DNA from: Bacilli bacterium
Lineage (GTDB): Bacteria; Bacillota_I; Bacilli_A; ML615J-28; CAG-313
Length of the DNA stretch: 64,000 bases
Assembly (NCBI GenBank): GCA_045589955.1
Contig: JAZNQD010000009.1
Location: 118,814-182,813, forward strand
Direction: 5' to 3'
The notes below the pieces were generated by a model. The model was not told the origin of the DNA and made no database searches. It saw nothing but the letters and a program-made list of their open reading frames with translations. Positions 47,730-57,594 of the stretch are shown here, one piece after another. The first letter of the stretch is position 1. Each line of letters opens with the position of its first letter. The position numbers were made by a program, and so were the translations under genes.

Positions 47730-50519
47730 ATGACAAATATCAATAAAAAAGATACACGTAAGTTATTGATTGAATCTGCAGAATTCGTTTCAAAAATAGA
47801 ATTATCAAATGAATTAAAAGAAGCTGTTAAGTTAGCTAACAGTAAATCAGGTACATTAATTGTAAAGAATATTCCTTGTACAATTTTAAACCGTGTAAAT
47901 CAAAATGGACGCATTTATTCAACTGATGTAGTTAATAGTGCATTAATTGAGGCTAAAAACGCTTTTGCTGCTAAACAATTATTGAGTCAAGCTGATGAAC
48001 ACCCAGAAGGTTCTTTTGTTGCACCTTCTCATGCGTCTCACGTTGTAATCAATTCATATATTAAAAAGAATGTAAACATTGTTGTTGAAGGTAATGAAGA
48101 ACAACATGACGTATTATTTATGGATTGGGAAATTTTAAATACTCAAGAAGGTAAAAATTTAAGAGCATTATTTGAAGCTGAGTGCTCAATAGGTACTTCT
48201 ATTCGTGGTGTAGGTGATATGAATGGTAAATATGTAGAAAATTATGAATTGTTAGGTTGTGACTGTGTTGGTAATCCATCTTCTTCTACATTTACTCGTA
48301 TGCCAGTATCTGAATCTGTACAACTAGAAGTTTTAGATCCACGTGATTTGAAAGAAACCTTTACAATTACAACTTCATCTACAAATGTTGTTAAAGATTT
48401 AGATTCTGCTTCTACATTACAAGCTCAATTAGATAACATTGGTTATGGTACTGTTACTAAAACTTCTACCAAAGTGGATGAAGAAACTGATCCTAAAACT
48501 GGTGCAATGACATCTATTACTACATTAGAGGCTGAAACTTCAGATGATGTTGCTGATTTAGATCAAGCTTTGACTATGGCACGTAACGCAATGTTAAATG
48601 GTGTAGTTAACGTAGATAGTATTACTATTGAAAACATTAAAGAAGAACAACCAGAAGAAGCTACAGAAAATGAAGAAGCTCCTCTTACTGAAGATGCTTT
48701 ACGTGTAGCTTTAGATTATAAACCTACAGCTTATGGTTATGAAGTGGCTTTAAAAGGATCTGCTGAAAATTTACGTTATATTAAAAAGAATTTGCCTCAA
48801 CCAATATCTGGAGCATATACAACATTTGGTCCATATAACACTGAAGACCATGATGTTAAAGTTTTGGAATTTGCTTATCCTTTTGCTGAAAATGAATTAA
48901 ATAACTTATTAAAAACTCTTCAAAATGGTATGCATGTACGTATTGCTGAATCTTTAATGACTGAAGCAAAAGAAGACGAAGATCCAAAAGCTGGTAAAAA
49001 GTTTGTATTAAAATGTCCGGCCGGTTTTGTTGCTATGGACGGTAATGCATTAGTATTCAAAGACGATCCAAAAGAAGCATTACATTTTATAGTTGGTAAA
49101 GAAGAATCTGGTTTAGTACATTTATCTGGCGTTGAAAAGATTCTTGATACAATGGGTGTATATGATGTTGAAAAGTATTATCGTAAAGATATAACTGATA
49201 TAAGTGCTTCCGAAACGCCTATTGAACAACCGGCTGAAAAAGAATCCGTTCCAGTTGCTGAAGATAATGGCAGTGCTACTCGTTTTGTTGCTCAATTGAC
49301 TATTGGTAATGAATCTGGTATGCCTGAAACTTCTACTATTCCTGTTTCTGGTGTTGAGTTAGATGCTGTAGTAAACGAAGTAAGTAATCTGTGGAAACAA
49401 AAAGCAGAAAATGAAAAAGGTCAAGTATCAATAACTGTTACTGATACAAGTACAAATGAACAATATGCTTATAATCCAGGTAATAATAGTTTAGATCCTA
49501 TGAATAACTTACCACAACAAGAAGCTACTGGTGATATTGAACAAAAAGATGAAACATTGTCTTTGGAATTTGATAATGGCGTAGAAGTCGAAAAGCAATT
49601 TGATAATGAAGCTCAAGCAACTGTAGCAAAAGCTGGCTTAGAACAAGGTAAATTGCCAGGTGATTTGATGTTATCTGAAGAAGATAAACCTGAAGACTTA
49701 ACAACTTGTGAATGGTGTGGTAAAAAAGTACCTACAAATCAAATCCGTAATGAAAAAGAGTTAGGTAAAATTTGTTTTGCTTGCCGTCAATCATTAAATC
49801 AACGTGGTCATAAATTAGCCTATAATGAAGCTAATCCAGAATACGAAGATATTCAACCGGGTTGGTATGCAGCTGCTCAAGGAATTGGTGTTACTGGTCC
49901 GTTTGCAAGTGAACAAGAAGCTTGGCATGGTTTAGAAGATGTTAAGGACTTTGTAAGTGTTGAATATATAAGTCCTGAAATGTTAGCTGCTGAATCTGCA
50001 GATATGAATGAAGTTTTGTATACTAGAGCTACTGATGCTTCTGATCCAGAGGTTGAACAGCCTTTAAAAGATGCTTCTGAAGATGATGAATTTGAAAGAA
50101 CAGACGTTTGTGCTTGGTGTGGCGAAGAATTTCCATTGTCTGATTTAAGAACAGAAAAAGATTTGGGTAAAATTTGCCATCATTGTGCACACGGTTTAGA
50201 ATCACGTGAAGGTCCATTAGAATATACAGATACAATCTATGAGGCAGATGAAGACGTAAATGTAGTCTTGTCTAATATTGATTGGGATGTTGATTCTATT
50301 TCAAATTCATTCATGGCAAATTCTCAACCAGATGATGTAGCAACTATTGGTGATTTAGAATCATTAATTCGTGATTTACCTGATACATTAAATGTTAAAT
50401 TAACCGCCAAAGATTTAGAAAGTGATGATATTGAAGCTGTTAAACAATTAATATTTGATAAAGCGGGCGAACAATCTGGTTTAGTTATTAAAAACGCTGT
50501 AATTTCTAGTGTAGAATAA
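47730..50519 (+). CDS. large acidic protein with duplicated CxxC...CxxC zinc-ribbon-like motif
   Basis: 929 aa. Two repeats: CEWCGKKVPTNQIRNEKELGKICFACRQ (about 49700) and CAWCGEEFPLSDLRTEKDLGKICHHCAHG (about 50110). Confidence 0.55.
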   Translation: MTNINKKDTRKLLIESAEFVSKIELSNELKEAVKLANSKSGTLIVKNIPCTILNRVNQNGRIYSTDVVNSALIEAKNAFAAKQLLSQADEHPEGSFVAPSHASHVVINSYIKKNVNIVVEGNEEQHDVLFMDWEILNTQEGKNLRALFEAECSIGTSIRGVGDMNGKYVENYELLGCDCVGNPSSSTFTRMPVSESVQLEVLDPRDLKETFTITTSSTNVVKDLDSASTLQAQLDNIGYGTVTKTSTKVDEETDPKTGAMTSITTLEAETSDDVADLDQALTMARNAMLNGVVNVDSITIENIKEEQPEEATENEEAPLTEDALRVALDYKPTAYGYEVALKGSAENLRYIKKNLPQPISGAYTTFGPYNTEDHDVKVLEFAYPFAENELNNLLKTLQNGMHVRIAESLMTEAKEDEDPKAGKKFVLKCPAGFVAMDGNALVFKDDPKEALHFIVGKEESGLVHLSGVEKILDTMGVYDVEKYYRKDITDISASETPIEQPAEKESVPVAEDNGSATRFVAQLTIGNESGMPETSTIPVSGVELDAVVNEVSNLWKQKAENEKGQVSITVTDTSTNEQYAYNPGNNSLDPMNNLPQQEATGDIEQKDETLSLEFDNGVEVEKQFDNEAQATVAKAGLEQGKLPGDLMLSEEDKPEDLTTCEWCGKKVPTNQIRNEKELGKICFACRQSLNQRGHKLAYNEANPEYEDIQPGWYAAAQGIGVTGPFASEQEAWHGLEDVKDFVSVEYISPEMLAAESADMNEVLYTRATDASDPEVEQPLKDASEDDEFERTDVCAWCGEEFPLSDLRTEKDLGKICHHCAHGLESREGPLEYTDTIYEADEDVNVVLSNIDWDVDSISNSFMANSQPDDVATIGDLESLIRDLPDTLNVKLTAKDLESDDIEAVKQLIFDKAGEQSGLVIKNAVISSVE

Positions 50520-50545
50520 GTAAGTCTTATAATTCAAGATTTTAT

Positions 50546-50552
50546 AGTTCTA
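50546..50552 (+). promoter_or_regulatory. AGTTCTA motif upstream of 50620
   Basis: attttatagttctatatatag. Confidence 0.3.
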
Positions 50553-50619
50553 TATATAGAAAATAGTTTATAAACTAATTTTTACATTTTTCTAGATTAT
50601 ATAACGAGGAATTAAACAC

Positions 50620-51339
50620 ATGACTAAAGAAGAAATGTTGAAAGCATTAAAAGAAAGCAATGCTTTGAATGTTAAAAAAGCAGAGGATACTTTGCAAAAC
50701 ATTGAAACCAAAGAAGTAAAAGAAGCTCCTAAGGCTGAAGGTATTACTGGTTTAGATTCAGAATTGCCTACACAAAAAGAAATTGAAAAAGAAGTTGCTA
50801 AAGATGAAGGTCCAATGATCCCTGTTGATAAAGATGGTGTATCTAAAGACGGTGGTGAAGATGACCGCATGCAAGCTGATAAAGTTGAAGCTGAACGTAA
50901 AAGAGAAGATAACGGCATGAAAGATGTTATCAACGTTTCTAGTCGTAAGGTTGAAGAAACAGCTGAAGTTAACAACGAATTGTTAGATCAGTTGAAAGAA
51001 GCTGCTGACCGTGAAGAAAACTATAAAGAAAAAATTAAAGAAATTACAGCTTTGTGTGAAAAAGCTCTTGTTTCTCAACAAGAATCTTTGACAAAAGAAC
51101 ATGCAGCTGAAATGAATAAAGTTTTCGAAGCTGTTATTGCTGAAGGTGAAAAAATGGAAAAAGAATTAACTGAAGCTGCAGCAAGAAATGAAAAAATGTA
51201 TAAAACAGCTCAAAAATTGTATGAAAATTCAACAAAATTAAACAAGATTTTGATTGAAGCTGTTAAGAAAGCTCAACCTGAGAAACAAATGACTCGTTAT
51301 ATGACACCTGCTCGCCGTGCAGTTGAATCATTGCGCTAA
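50620..51339 (+). CDS. K/E-rich coiled-coil protein (scaffold-like)
   Basis: 239 aa, highly charged and Ala/Glu/Lys-rich. SD GAGGAA. Confidence 0.45.
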   Translation: MTKEEMLKALKESNALNVKKAEDTLQNIETKEVKEAPKAEGITGLDSELPTQKEIEKEVAKDEGPMIPVDKDGVSKDGGEDDRMQADKVEAERKREDNGMKDVINVSSRKVEETAEVNNELLDQLKEAADREENYKEKIKEITALCEKALVSQQESLTKEHAAEMNKVFEAVIAEGEKMEKELTEAAARNEKMYKTAQKLYENSTKLNKILIEAVKKAQPEKQMTRYMTPARRAVESLR

Positions 51340-51364
51340 TATTTAGTTTTTTAACGAGAGCGTA

Positions 51365-51396
51365 GGGGATTAGATTATGTCTAGTCCCCTTTTTAT
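51365..51396 (+). terminator. rho-independent terminator
   Basis: Stem GGGGATTAG / CTAGTCCCC (one G-U pair), followed by TTTTTAT. Confidence 0.55.
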
Positions 51397-51425
51397 ATAA
51401 GTTCTGATAAATAGGAGGGGAATTG

Positions 51426-52112
51426 ATGTGTAAATTAATAAAAATGTTATTACGACTATTTTTTGGTAAAACAGAAGAAGTTGAGGTTAAACAAATGTTG
51501 TCTTTAGAGCAATTATATAAAATAAATGGTAATTTAAATAAAAAAGAATGTGAATATTATTTAGAAAGTTTAAATGTTGTTTTACCAAATAAAGAGATTA
51601 ATACTTCTTTGAGATTATGCCATTTTTTAGCACAAATTATTCATGAGAGTGGACATTTTAAATATAAATCTGAAAATTTAAATTATTCTGCTAATGCATT
51701 AAAGAGTGTTTTCTGTAAATATTTTAAAACTGATGCCATTGCCAATGAATACGCCAGAAAACCGGAGAAGATTGCTAATAGAGTATATGCAAATCGTATG
51801 GGTAATGGTGACGAAGCAAGTGGTGATGGATGGAAATATAGAGGTAGAGGTTTAATTCAATTAACAGGTAAATGTAATTATGACGCTTGTGGAAAAGCAA
51901 TTGGATTAGGTTTAATAAATAATCCAGATTTATTGACTGAATCGGCTGAGGCTAGTGTTTTGGCAGCTTGTTGGTTTTGGAATAAAAATAATTTAAATCA
52001 ATTTGCAGATAAAGATGATATTGTAACTATTACTAAACGCATTAATGGTGGTACTAACGGTTTAGAAGATAGAAAGAGTAATCTGGCTAAGGCTAAGTGC
52101 GAATTGCTATAA
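51426..52112 (+). CDS. endolysin, glycoside hydrolase family 19 (chitinase-like lysozyme)
   Basis: HFLAQIIHESGHF and GRGLIQLTGKCNY...AACWFWNKNN match the GH19 signatures. ATG at 51426 has SD AGGAGGGG (the track start at 51423 is TTG). Confidence 0.7.
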   Translation: MCKLIKMLLRLFFGKTEEVEVKQMLSLEQLYKINGNLNKKECEYYLESLNVVLPNKEINTSLRLCHFLAQIIHESGHFKYKSENLNYSANALKSVFCKYFKTDAIANEYARKPEKIANRVYANRMGNGDEASGDGWKYRGRGLIQLTGKCNYDACGKAIGLGLINNPDLLTESAEASVLAACWFWNKNNLNQFADKDDIVTITKRINGGTNGLEDRKSNLAKAKCELL

Positions 52113-52188
52113 TTAGAAATATTTATTCTAATTTTCGTATATATCGATATTCTATATAGTAGTTAAATAAATACCTCGGGATATATAA

Positions 52189-52653
52189 ATGGCAAGAGGA
52201 AACAATCAGAATAATATATTAGATGAAATCTTCACAGATGAATGGTATGCTGATGTAATAAATGCTACTAATTTTGCTATGGAATATCAAAGTAAATTGG
52301 GTATAGATGAAATTACGCTTGCTCATCAAATAATTGATTATAATATAAATAAGCGTTTAGAAGAAAAGTTAGTAAATAATTTAGTTAAGTTATTGCCAAA
52401 AAATTTAAATTGGGAGCATTCAGATATTTTACGTGCTTTCGATGAATTTAAAAGTATTATCGATAGCTGTAATGCATGTCCAAAATTTAAAACGTATACC
52501 GTTAAGATAAATGTTGGTAAATCGGCTTTACTTTTAAAAGAATTTATATTGTGGAAAGATTTGGTTAGTTTAGATTATCCCGCTTTACACATCGAAGCGA
52601 TTCCAATGAAGACAAAAAATCATTATAAACTAGAAATTAAACGGATAGACTAA
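52189..52653 (+). CDS. hypothetical protein
   Basis: 154 aa. Confidence 0.4.
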   Translation: MARGNNQNNILDEIFTDEWYADVINATNFAMEYQSKLGIDEITLAHQIIDYNINKRLEEKLVNNLVKLLPKNLNWEHSDILRAFDEFKSIIDSCNACPKFKTYTVKINVGKSALLLKEFILWKDLVSLDYPALHIEAIPMKTKNHYKLEIKRID

Positions 52654-52873
52654 AATAAGCATTGGGCATGGGAATAAATAGCTGATCTAATGCTTCAGTA
52701 TTGACAATAGTGCGTAATAAACCACCTGGAATTCGTGTATAAACAATATGATAGCCTAAATCGTTAAAATTGCCATCAACTGACTCAAACATTCCAAGGC
52801 TTTTTAATTTATTTTCATCTATTTCTAAATATTTCTTACTTTTTTTAGCCATTTTAATAAATTTTATTTTCAA
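52637..52873 (-). CDS. small hypothetical protein
   Basis: 78 aa, convergent with the 52189 ORF. Confidence 0.3.
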   Translation of the reverse strand: MKIKFIKMAKKSKKYLEIDENKLKSLGMFESVDGNFNDLGYHIVYTRIPGGLLRTIVNTEALDQLFIPMPNAYFSLSV

Positions 52874-53144
52874 AATTGCTTTTTATGTAATCAACAATAT
52901 TAGGAAATTCTAGTATATCTTTTTCAGATAATGTTAACTTCTTTTGATCCAGGGTTAAAACATTGTCGATTAAGGTATATTTTTTTGCAATGAATTCTTT
53001 TATTTCATCTAGAGATAAATACATCTGTTTTTTAGTTGATGTTATTAATTTTATTCCTGTTTCATCTAAATTTATAATGCGCATATGTACCTCTCTTTTT
53101 AATACAAAACATGCTATTATTATAGAATACAAAAGTAAAATCAT
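52854..53144 (-). CDS. small hypothetical protein
   Basis: 96 aa. Confidence 0.3.
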   Translation of the reverse strand: MILLLYSIIIACFVLKREVHMRIINLDETGIKLITSTKKQMYLSLDEIKEFIAKKYTLIDNVLTLDQKKLTLSEKDILEFPNIVDYIKSNFENKIY

Positions 53145-53227
53145 AATTTTCCAATATATTTAAATTTTTTAGTAGAAAACTTCCAAAGTTAAATTCCATT
53201 AAACATAATGCATGATGGAGATTTAAT

Positions 53228-55618
53228 ATGGGTTTAAGACCAATCAGAAAAAAATTAAGTCATAAAGGAAAACAGAAAAAAACAGGAGTAATTTTTGGTA
53301 TGTTTAATGCTCAACCGGTAGTGGAAAAAGATACAAAAAGCACAGAGCACCACAATAAATCGTTTGAATTTAGCTTTTGTATGGTAACTAATTTACTCGA
53401 AACAAAAGATGACGAATTTGAGAGTGAACAAGGATACAGCGATAGAGCTATGGCTGTTCCTGTCTATCAAAATCTATGTTTATACGAAAAATACTTATTA
53501 ATAAGATATAGTCAAAACTATCATCGTAAAAAAATCAACAGTTTCAAAAAAGATAAAGCTGAAATGTTGATTAAATATATTGATTATATATATTTTATGG
53601 CTAGTTGTGATATTTTTCCATTACAAAGACGTTTATCACCTTACAGAACAGAAAAATTAGAGAAAGTAATTGATAAATTGAGTATTGTACGAGAAATGCT
53701 CAAACAATATGACGGCGGCGTAGATTATCCTATGCTAGAAATCCGTATTTTAGCTAAACATTCGGAATTTGTAGCTGTATTAGAAGAGGCTGTTTCAAAA
53801 GGTATGCGTATAATAGATGATTGGTTAGAAATGTGTGCTAAAAGTGATTTAAAAAAGAGCTTTTATATGGAGAATTTACACACATATCTTCAGTTGATTG
53901 GCGCTACTTCTAAAACTGTAAAAGCTGCCGCCGAATATGCTTGCTTATGTAAAAATAAAAGAGCTTATCATAGGATATGTGGCGACGAAAGAATTAGTTC
54001 GATGGTAGATGCACTTGGTTTAAAATCATTTAACATTCAAACTCTAAAAAAATATAATACTATTTTGTTTAATTTTATGAGTGATAGATCAACAAACGAT
54101 AAAACGACGATAGAGTTAGATAATTGGGTAATAGAAGGTTGCTTTACTAAACACAATTCAAAAGAAGATTTACTCAATTACTATATGCCAAGATTAAAAC
54201 AAAGTGATTTAACCAAAACTGATTTTTTACACGTTACTCAATATGACTATCTTAAGAGCATTTTAAGCAATGCGTTGGCTAAACATAGTAAAGGTATTAA
54301 CATTTTAATATATGGCAAGCCAGGAGGCGGAAAAACAGCCTTATCTCGCGTGTTGATTGATGATGTAAAAGCAGAAGGATATGAAGTTTATTCTGCCGGA
54401 AAAAATAACAAAGATGTAGTGTTATTTAAAGGTGATAGTTTAAAAAATGACTTACGTATTAATAGTTTTGTTACAATGCGTACAATGTTAAAGAATAATA
54501 AAAATTGTGTAATACTATATGACGAAGCAGAAGACTTTTTTAGAAAATCAGATGCAGCAAGCCAAGCTAAAGCAACTGTAAATGATTTTTTAGAAGACAA
54601 TGAAAATCCTACTATTTGGACTACTAATTCTTTAACATGTATGGAACGATCTTTTTTACGTAGATTTACATATGTTTTAAAGTTAGATGATTTACCAACA
54701 AACGTATATTTAGACATTGTAAATAAATTGTGCATAAAACATAACGTATCTCTAAATGATGAAGTATATGGATTAATAAAAGCCTATAAACCTAATTTTG
54801 GTATTGTAGAAAAGGTACTAAAAAATTATGTGCTTTCTGGGTCATCCGATTTCAATAATATTAAACAAGATATCTTAGATTCTCTTAAAGGCATTAATTA
54901 CGGTGAATCTATTGAAAAGTTGGCAATAAATAAATTTAAATTTAATCCTGAGTTATTAAATACTTCGGTTGATTTAAATGACCTTACAGCACGTTTAAAG
55001 CAAAATGGTAGGTTAGACTTCAGTTTATTGCTATATGGTGTCCCAGGGAGCTCTAAAACAAGTTTTGGACGCTATTTAGCAGAAGAATTGGGATTAAGTG
55101 TAATAAATAAGAATTATGCGGACCTTTCTAGTATGTGGGTTGGTGAAACAGAAAAAAATATTCGAAACCTATTTGAACAAGCCGAAGCAGAAAAAGCCTT
55201 AATTATTCTCGATGAGTGTGATGTTCTTTTACGAGATAGAGGTAAAGCTATGCGCTCATGGGAAATTTCACAAACCGAAGCTTTATTAACATGTATGGAA
55301 TTTCACCCGTATCCATTTATAATGACTACTAATTTATATGACGATTTAGATCCAGCTGTAATGCGTAGAATATTATATAAGGTAAAACATGATTATTTAA
55401 CAGATGATCAAGTTAAGTTAGCTTTTAAATACTTCTTTGATATCGAAATTACAGAACGTTTGAATTTATCTAGGTTAACAAGTGGTGATTTCGCGGTAGT
55501 TAAAAAACAAGCTGAATTTTCTGGATATTTAAATGATAAAGATTTGCTTATTAAAAAACTTACTGAGGAAATGAATCAGAAGAAGATGTTAGAGCATGTA
55601 CCAGAAATAACGATGTAA
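53228..55618 (+). CDS. tandem AAA+ ATPase (CbxX/SpoVK-like)
   Basis: Two Walker A motifs (ILIYGKPGGGKTA; LLLYGVPGSSKTS), each followed by a Walker B (ILYDEAED; IILDECDVLL). Confidence 0.7.
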   Translation: MGLRPIRKKLSHKGKQKKTGVIFGMFNAQPVVEKDTKSTEHHNKSFEFSFCMVTNLLETKDDEFESEQGYSDRAMAVPVYQNLCLYEKYLLIRYSQNYHRKKINSFKKDKAEMLIKYIDYIYFMASCDIFPLQRRLSPYRTEKLEKVIDKLSIVREMLKQYDGGVDYPMLEIRILAKHSEFVAVLEEAVSKGMRIIDDWLEMCAKSDLKKSFYMENLHTYLQLIGATSKTVKAAAEYACLCKNKRAYHRICGDERISSMVDALGLKSFNIQTLKKYNTILFNFMSDRSTNDKTTIELDNWVIEGCFTKHNSKEDLLNYYMPRLKQSDLTKTDFLHVTQYDYLKSILSNALAKHSKGINILIYGKPGGGKTALSRVLIDDVKAEGYEVYSAGKNNKDVVLFKGDSLKNDLRINSFVTMRTMLKNNKNCVILYDEAEDFFRKSDAASQAKATVNDFLEDNENPTIWTTNSLTCMERSFLRRFTYVLKLDDLPTNVYLDIVNKLCIKHNVSLNDEVYGLIKAYKPNFGIVEKVLKNYVLSGSSDFNNIKQDILDSLKGINYGESIEKLAINKFKFNPELLNTSVDLNDLTARLKQNGRLDFSLLLYGVPGSSKTSFGRYLAEELGLSVINKNYADLSSMWVGETEKNIRNLFEQAEAEKALIILDECDVLLRDRGKAMRSWEISQTEALLTCMEFHPYPFIMTTNLYDDLDPAVMRRILYKVKHDYLTDDQVKLAFKYFFDIEITERLNLSRLTSGDFAVVKKQAEFSGYLNDKDLLIKKLTEEMNQKKMLEHVPEITM

Positions 55619-55622
55619 AATA

Positions 55623-55652
55623 AAAGCTCCTTTTTATGGGAGCTTTTTTATA
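55623..55652. terminator. bidirectional rho-independent terminator
   Basis: Stem AAAAGCTCC / GGAGCTTTT, with T-runs on both sides. Confidence 0.6.
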
Positions 55653-55655
55653 AGT

Positions 55656-57215
55656 TTAATTTACACCTTTGAATGGAATATAATACGTTTCTTGAGAACC
55701 CGCTACAACATTTGGTGTGTATGTATCATCTTTATCTAGATTAAAACTAAAATGTGTCTGTCCGTTTGTCATTGGTGCTGTTGCACCTGCAGGAATACTT
55801 CCGTTTATATATCCATAAATCGCGGATGAACCACTACCATAACATCTGCCCATTACACAACATTTACAAGGTGCTGTCCACGTCTGATTTACCGTAAATG
55901 TAATTGCAACTTTCGCATTATAATCTGGCATACCTAAGCCAACAATATACTCATTGCTTAACTCTGCCATTCTTGTTAAAACACCGCTTGCGTTTATAAT
56001 ATTGGCATCTTGGATTGTTTCACCAACATAAAAGTAAAGATATAGATCATTGTTAGCTAATACTAATCCTGATTTTTCCAGGTCTGTGGTTAAACCGATG
56101 ATTTTATCATTACCCCAACGAGAATAAGAATCCTTACTAGCACTTGAACCTACATCTGCGCCAAAAGAGTTATTTGCTGGCTTTAATGCGTTACCGCCTG
56201 CATCACTACCATTCCAATCTACTGAAGAGGTTATATTACAATCACTTGAACCATCTGTTATTCCAATACCTATACCATTACCGATAACAGCATTGCTACT
56301 CGCAAGTTTTACTTTAGTGGGTAATCTGAAAGTTATATCTGTTGTGTTGATAATAAAATCTGTATCAGTATATTCTTCTGTGCTTAACTTAACAGACACA
56401 CCTTCTTTTGTTTCTGTTCCATTATAAATTCTTAATAACAATTCATAAACGGCGAGATATGTAGTACCATTATAGAATGTACCATTACTTAACAACCAAG
56501 AAGCATTACTCAATTCGTATTCGGACCATTTATAGTCTAACAATGAGAATGGATTATTAAGCTCAATTTCTCTTGTTACATCAACTGTTTCTTCAACGCC
56601 GGTTGCTACTTGAATAAAGTACGGGTATTGGATAGCCTCTTGTTGAACTGGAGCATTGTCTTGATATGCTGATGAACTACGAGAAGCATCGAAGGACCAA
56701 TCTCTCATTCTATTTACTGAGGTAGCTCCCTGCCACATAGCGCCATTATAAGCAGAGTCATTTACAATAGCACCACTTGCAGAACTTTGTGAGATATCTC
56801 CGGTGACGGTAGCGGTAATATTTGGTAAACTCTCGGCCTTAATGCTTCCTATTAGAGATAAATCTTGTAAACCATTAATGTTTACTACTTTAGGAAGTCT
56901 GATGGTGCCTAATTCATCATCAATAACAAACTTACCACACTGACCTAGTTTAGAGTTAGTAACTTCCGCTTGCCAGTTTTCCTCAGAAGTAACTAAACTT
57001 GGATATAAAGCTGATCTTTCTTTTACCCAAGATGTAAAGCTTTCAAATTGAGATTGGCTAATTACTTGACCATTTAAGTAACGTCTTTTATTCTGAGTCT
57101 CATCAATACCCAATGGAGCGAAACCTATATCGCCTACTTCAAGACCACCACCGCTACCACTATCGGTATTTTTATTAACAGTGGCTATAATTGTATTACC
57201 TACTCTAATAGTCAT
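55656..57215 (-). CDS. tail fibre / receptor-binding protein, paralog 1
   Basis: Shares about 330 aa of core with the 57595 ORF (GDIGFAPLGIDETQNKRRYLNGQVISQSQF...ENWQAEVTNS.LGQCGKFVIDDE.GTIRLPKV...). Divergent C-terminus ending PFKGVN. Confidence 0.65.
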   Translation of the reverse strand: MTIRVGNTIIATVNKNTDSGSGGGLEVGDIGFAPLGIDETQNKRRYLNGQVISQSQFESFTSWVKERSALYPSLVTSEENWQAEVTNSKLGQCGKFVIDDELGTIRLPKVVNINGLQDLSLIGSIKAESLPNITATVTGDISQSSASGAIVNDSAYNGAMWQGATSVNRMRDWSFDASRSSSAYQDNAPVQQEAIQYPYFIQVATGVEETVDVTREIELNNPFSLLDYKWSEYELSNASWLLSNGTFYNGTTYLAVYELLLRIYNGTETKEGVSVKLSTEEYTDTDFIINTTDITFRLPTKVKLASSNAVIGNGIGIGITDGSSDCNITSSVDWNGSDAGGNALKPANNSFGADVGSSASKDSYSRWGNDKIIGLTTDLEKSGLVLANNDLYLYFYVGETIQDANIINASGVLTRMAELSNEYIVGLGMPDYNAKVAITFTVNQTWTAPCKCCVMGRCYGSGSSAIYGYINGSIPAGATAPMTNGQTHFSFNLDKDDTYTPNVVAGSQETYYIPFKGVN

Positions 57216-57229
57216 TTTATTTTATCTCT

Positions 57230-57592
57230 TTATAAACTTTCTTCTTCTGGATATGGATAATTTTCTTCGATATAAGCCGTAACTTCAGCATCAAGGGCCA
57301 AATAAGCTTGTTCATCTTCTTCAGTCCAAGTATTATTAGCTTGTTTACGCATACGAGCAATAGTCTTATTATCAATATTTGCTTGACGATAAGCTACACG
57401 TAAAGCCTCTATTTCTTCATATGTTAATTCTGGCTTTATTGGTGCAAATCCTTCTAAATACCAAGAACCATTGTAAGCTTGTTCTACATCCATTTCAGTC
57501 ATACCAATAGACTGATAAAATTTTGAGTTAGTACCTAAACCAACTTCACAAGCCTTTGTTTCTTCATTTACGATTTTTGCATATTTTTTCAT
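57230..57592 (-). CDS. small protein between tail-fibre genes (possible fibre chaperone)
   Basis: 120 aa. SD AAAGGAG, which is encoded inside the C-terminal KGVN codons of the upstream fibre gene. Confidence 0.4.
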   Translation of the reverse strand: MKKYAKIVNEETKACEVGLGTNSKFYQSIGMTEMDVEQAYNGSWYLEGFAPIKPELTYEEIEALRVAYRQANIDNKTIARMRKQANNTWTEEDEQAYLALDAEVTAYIEENYPYPEEESL

Positions 57593-57594
57593 TT

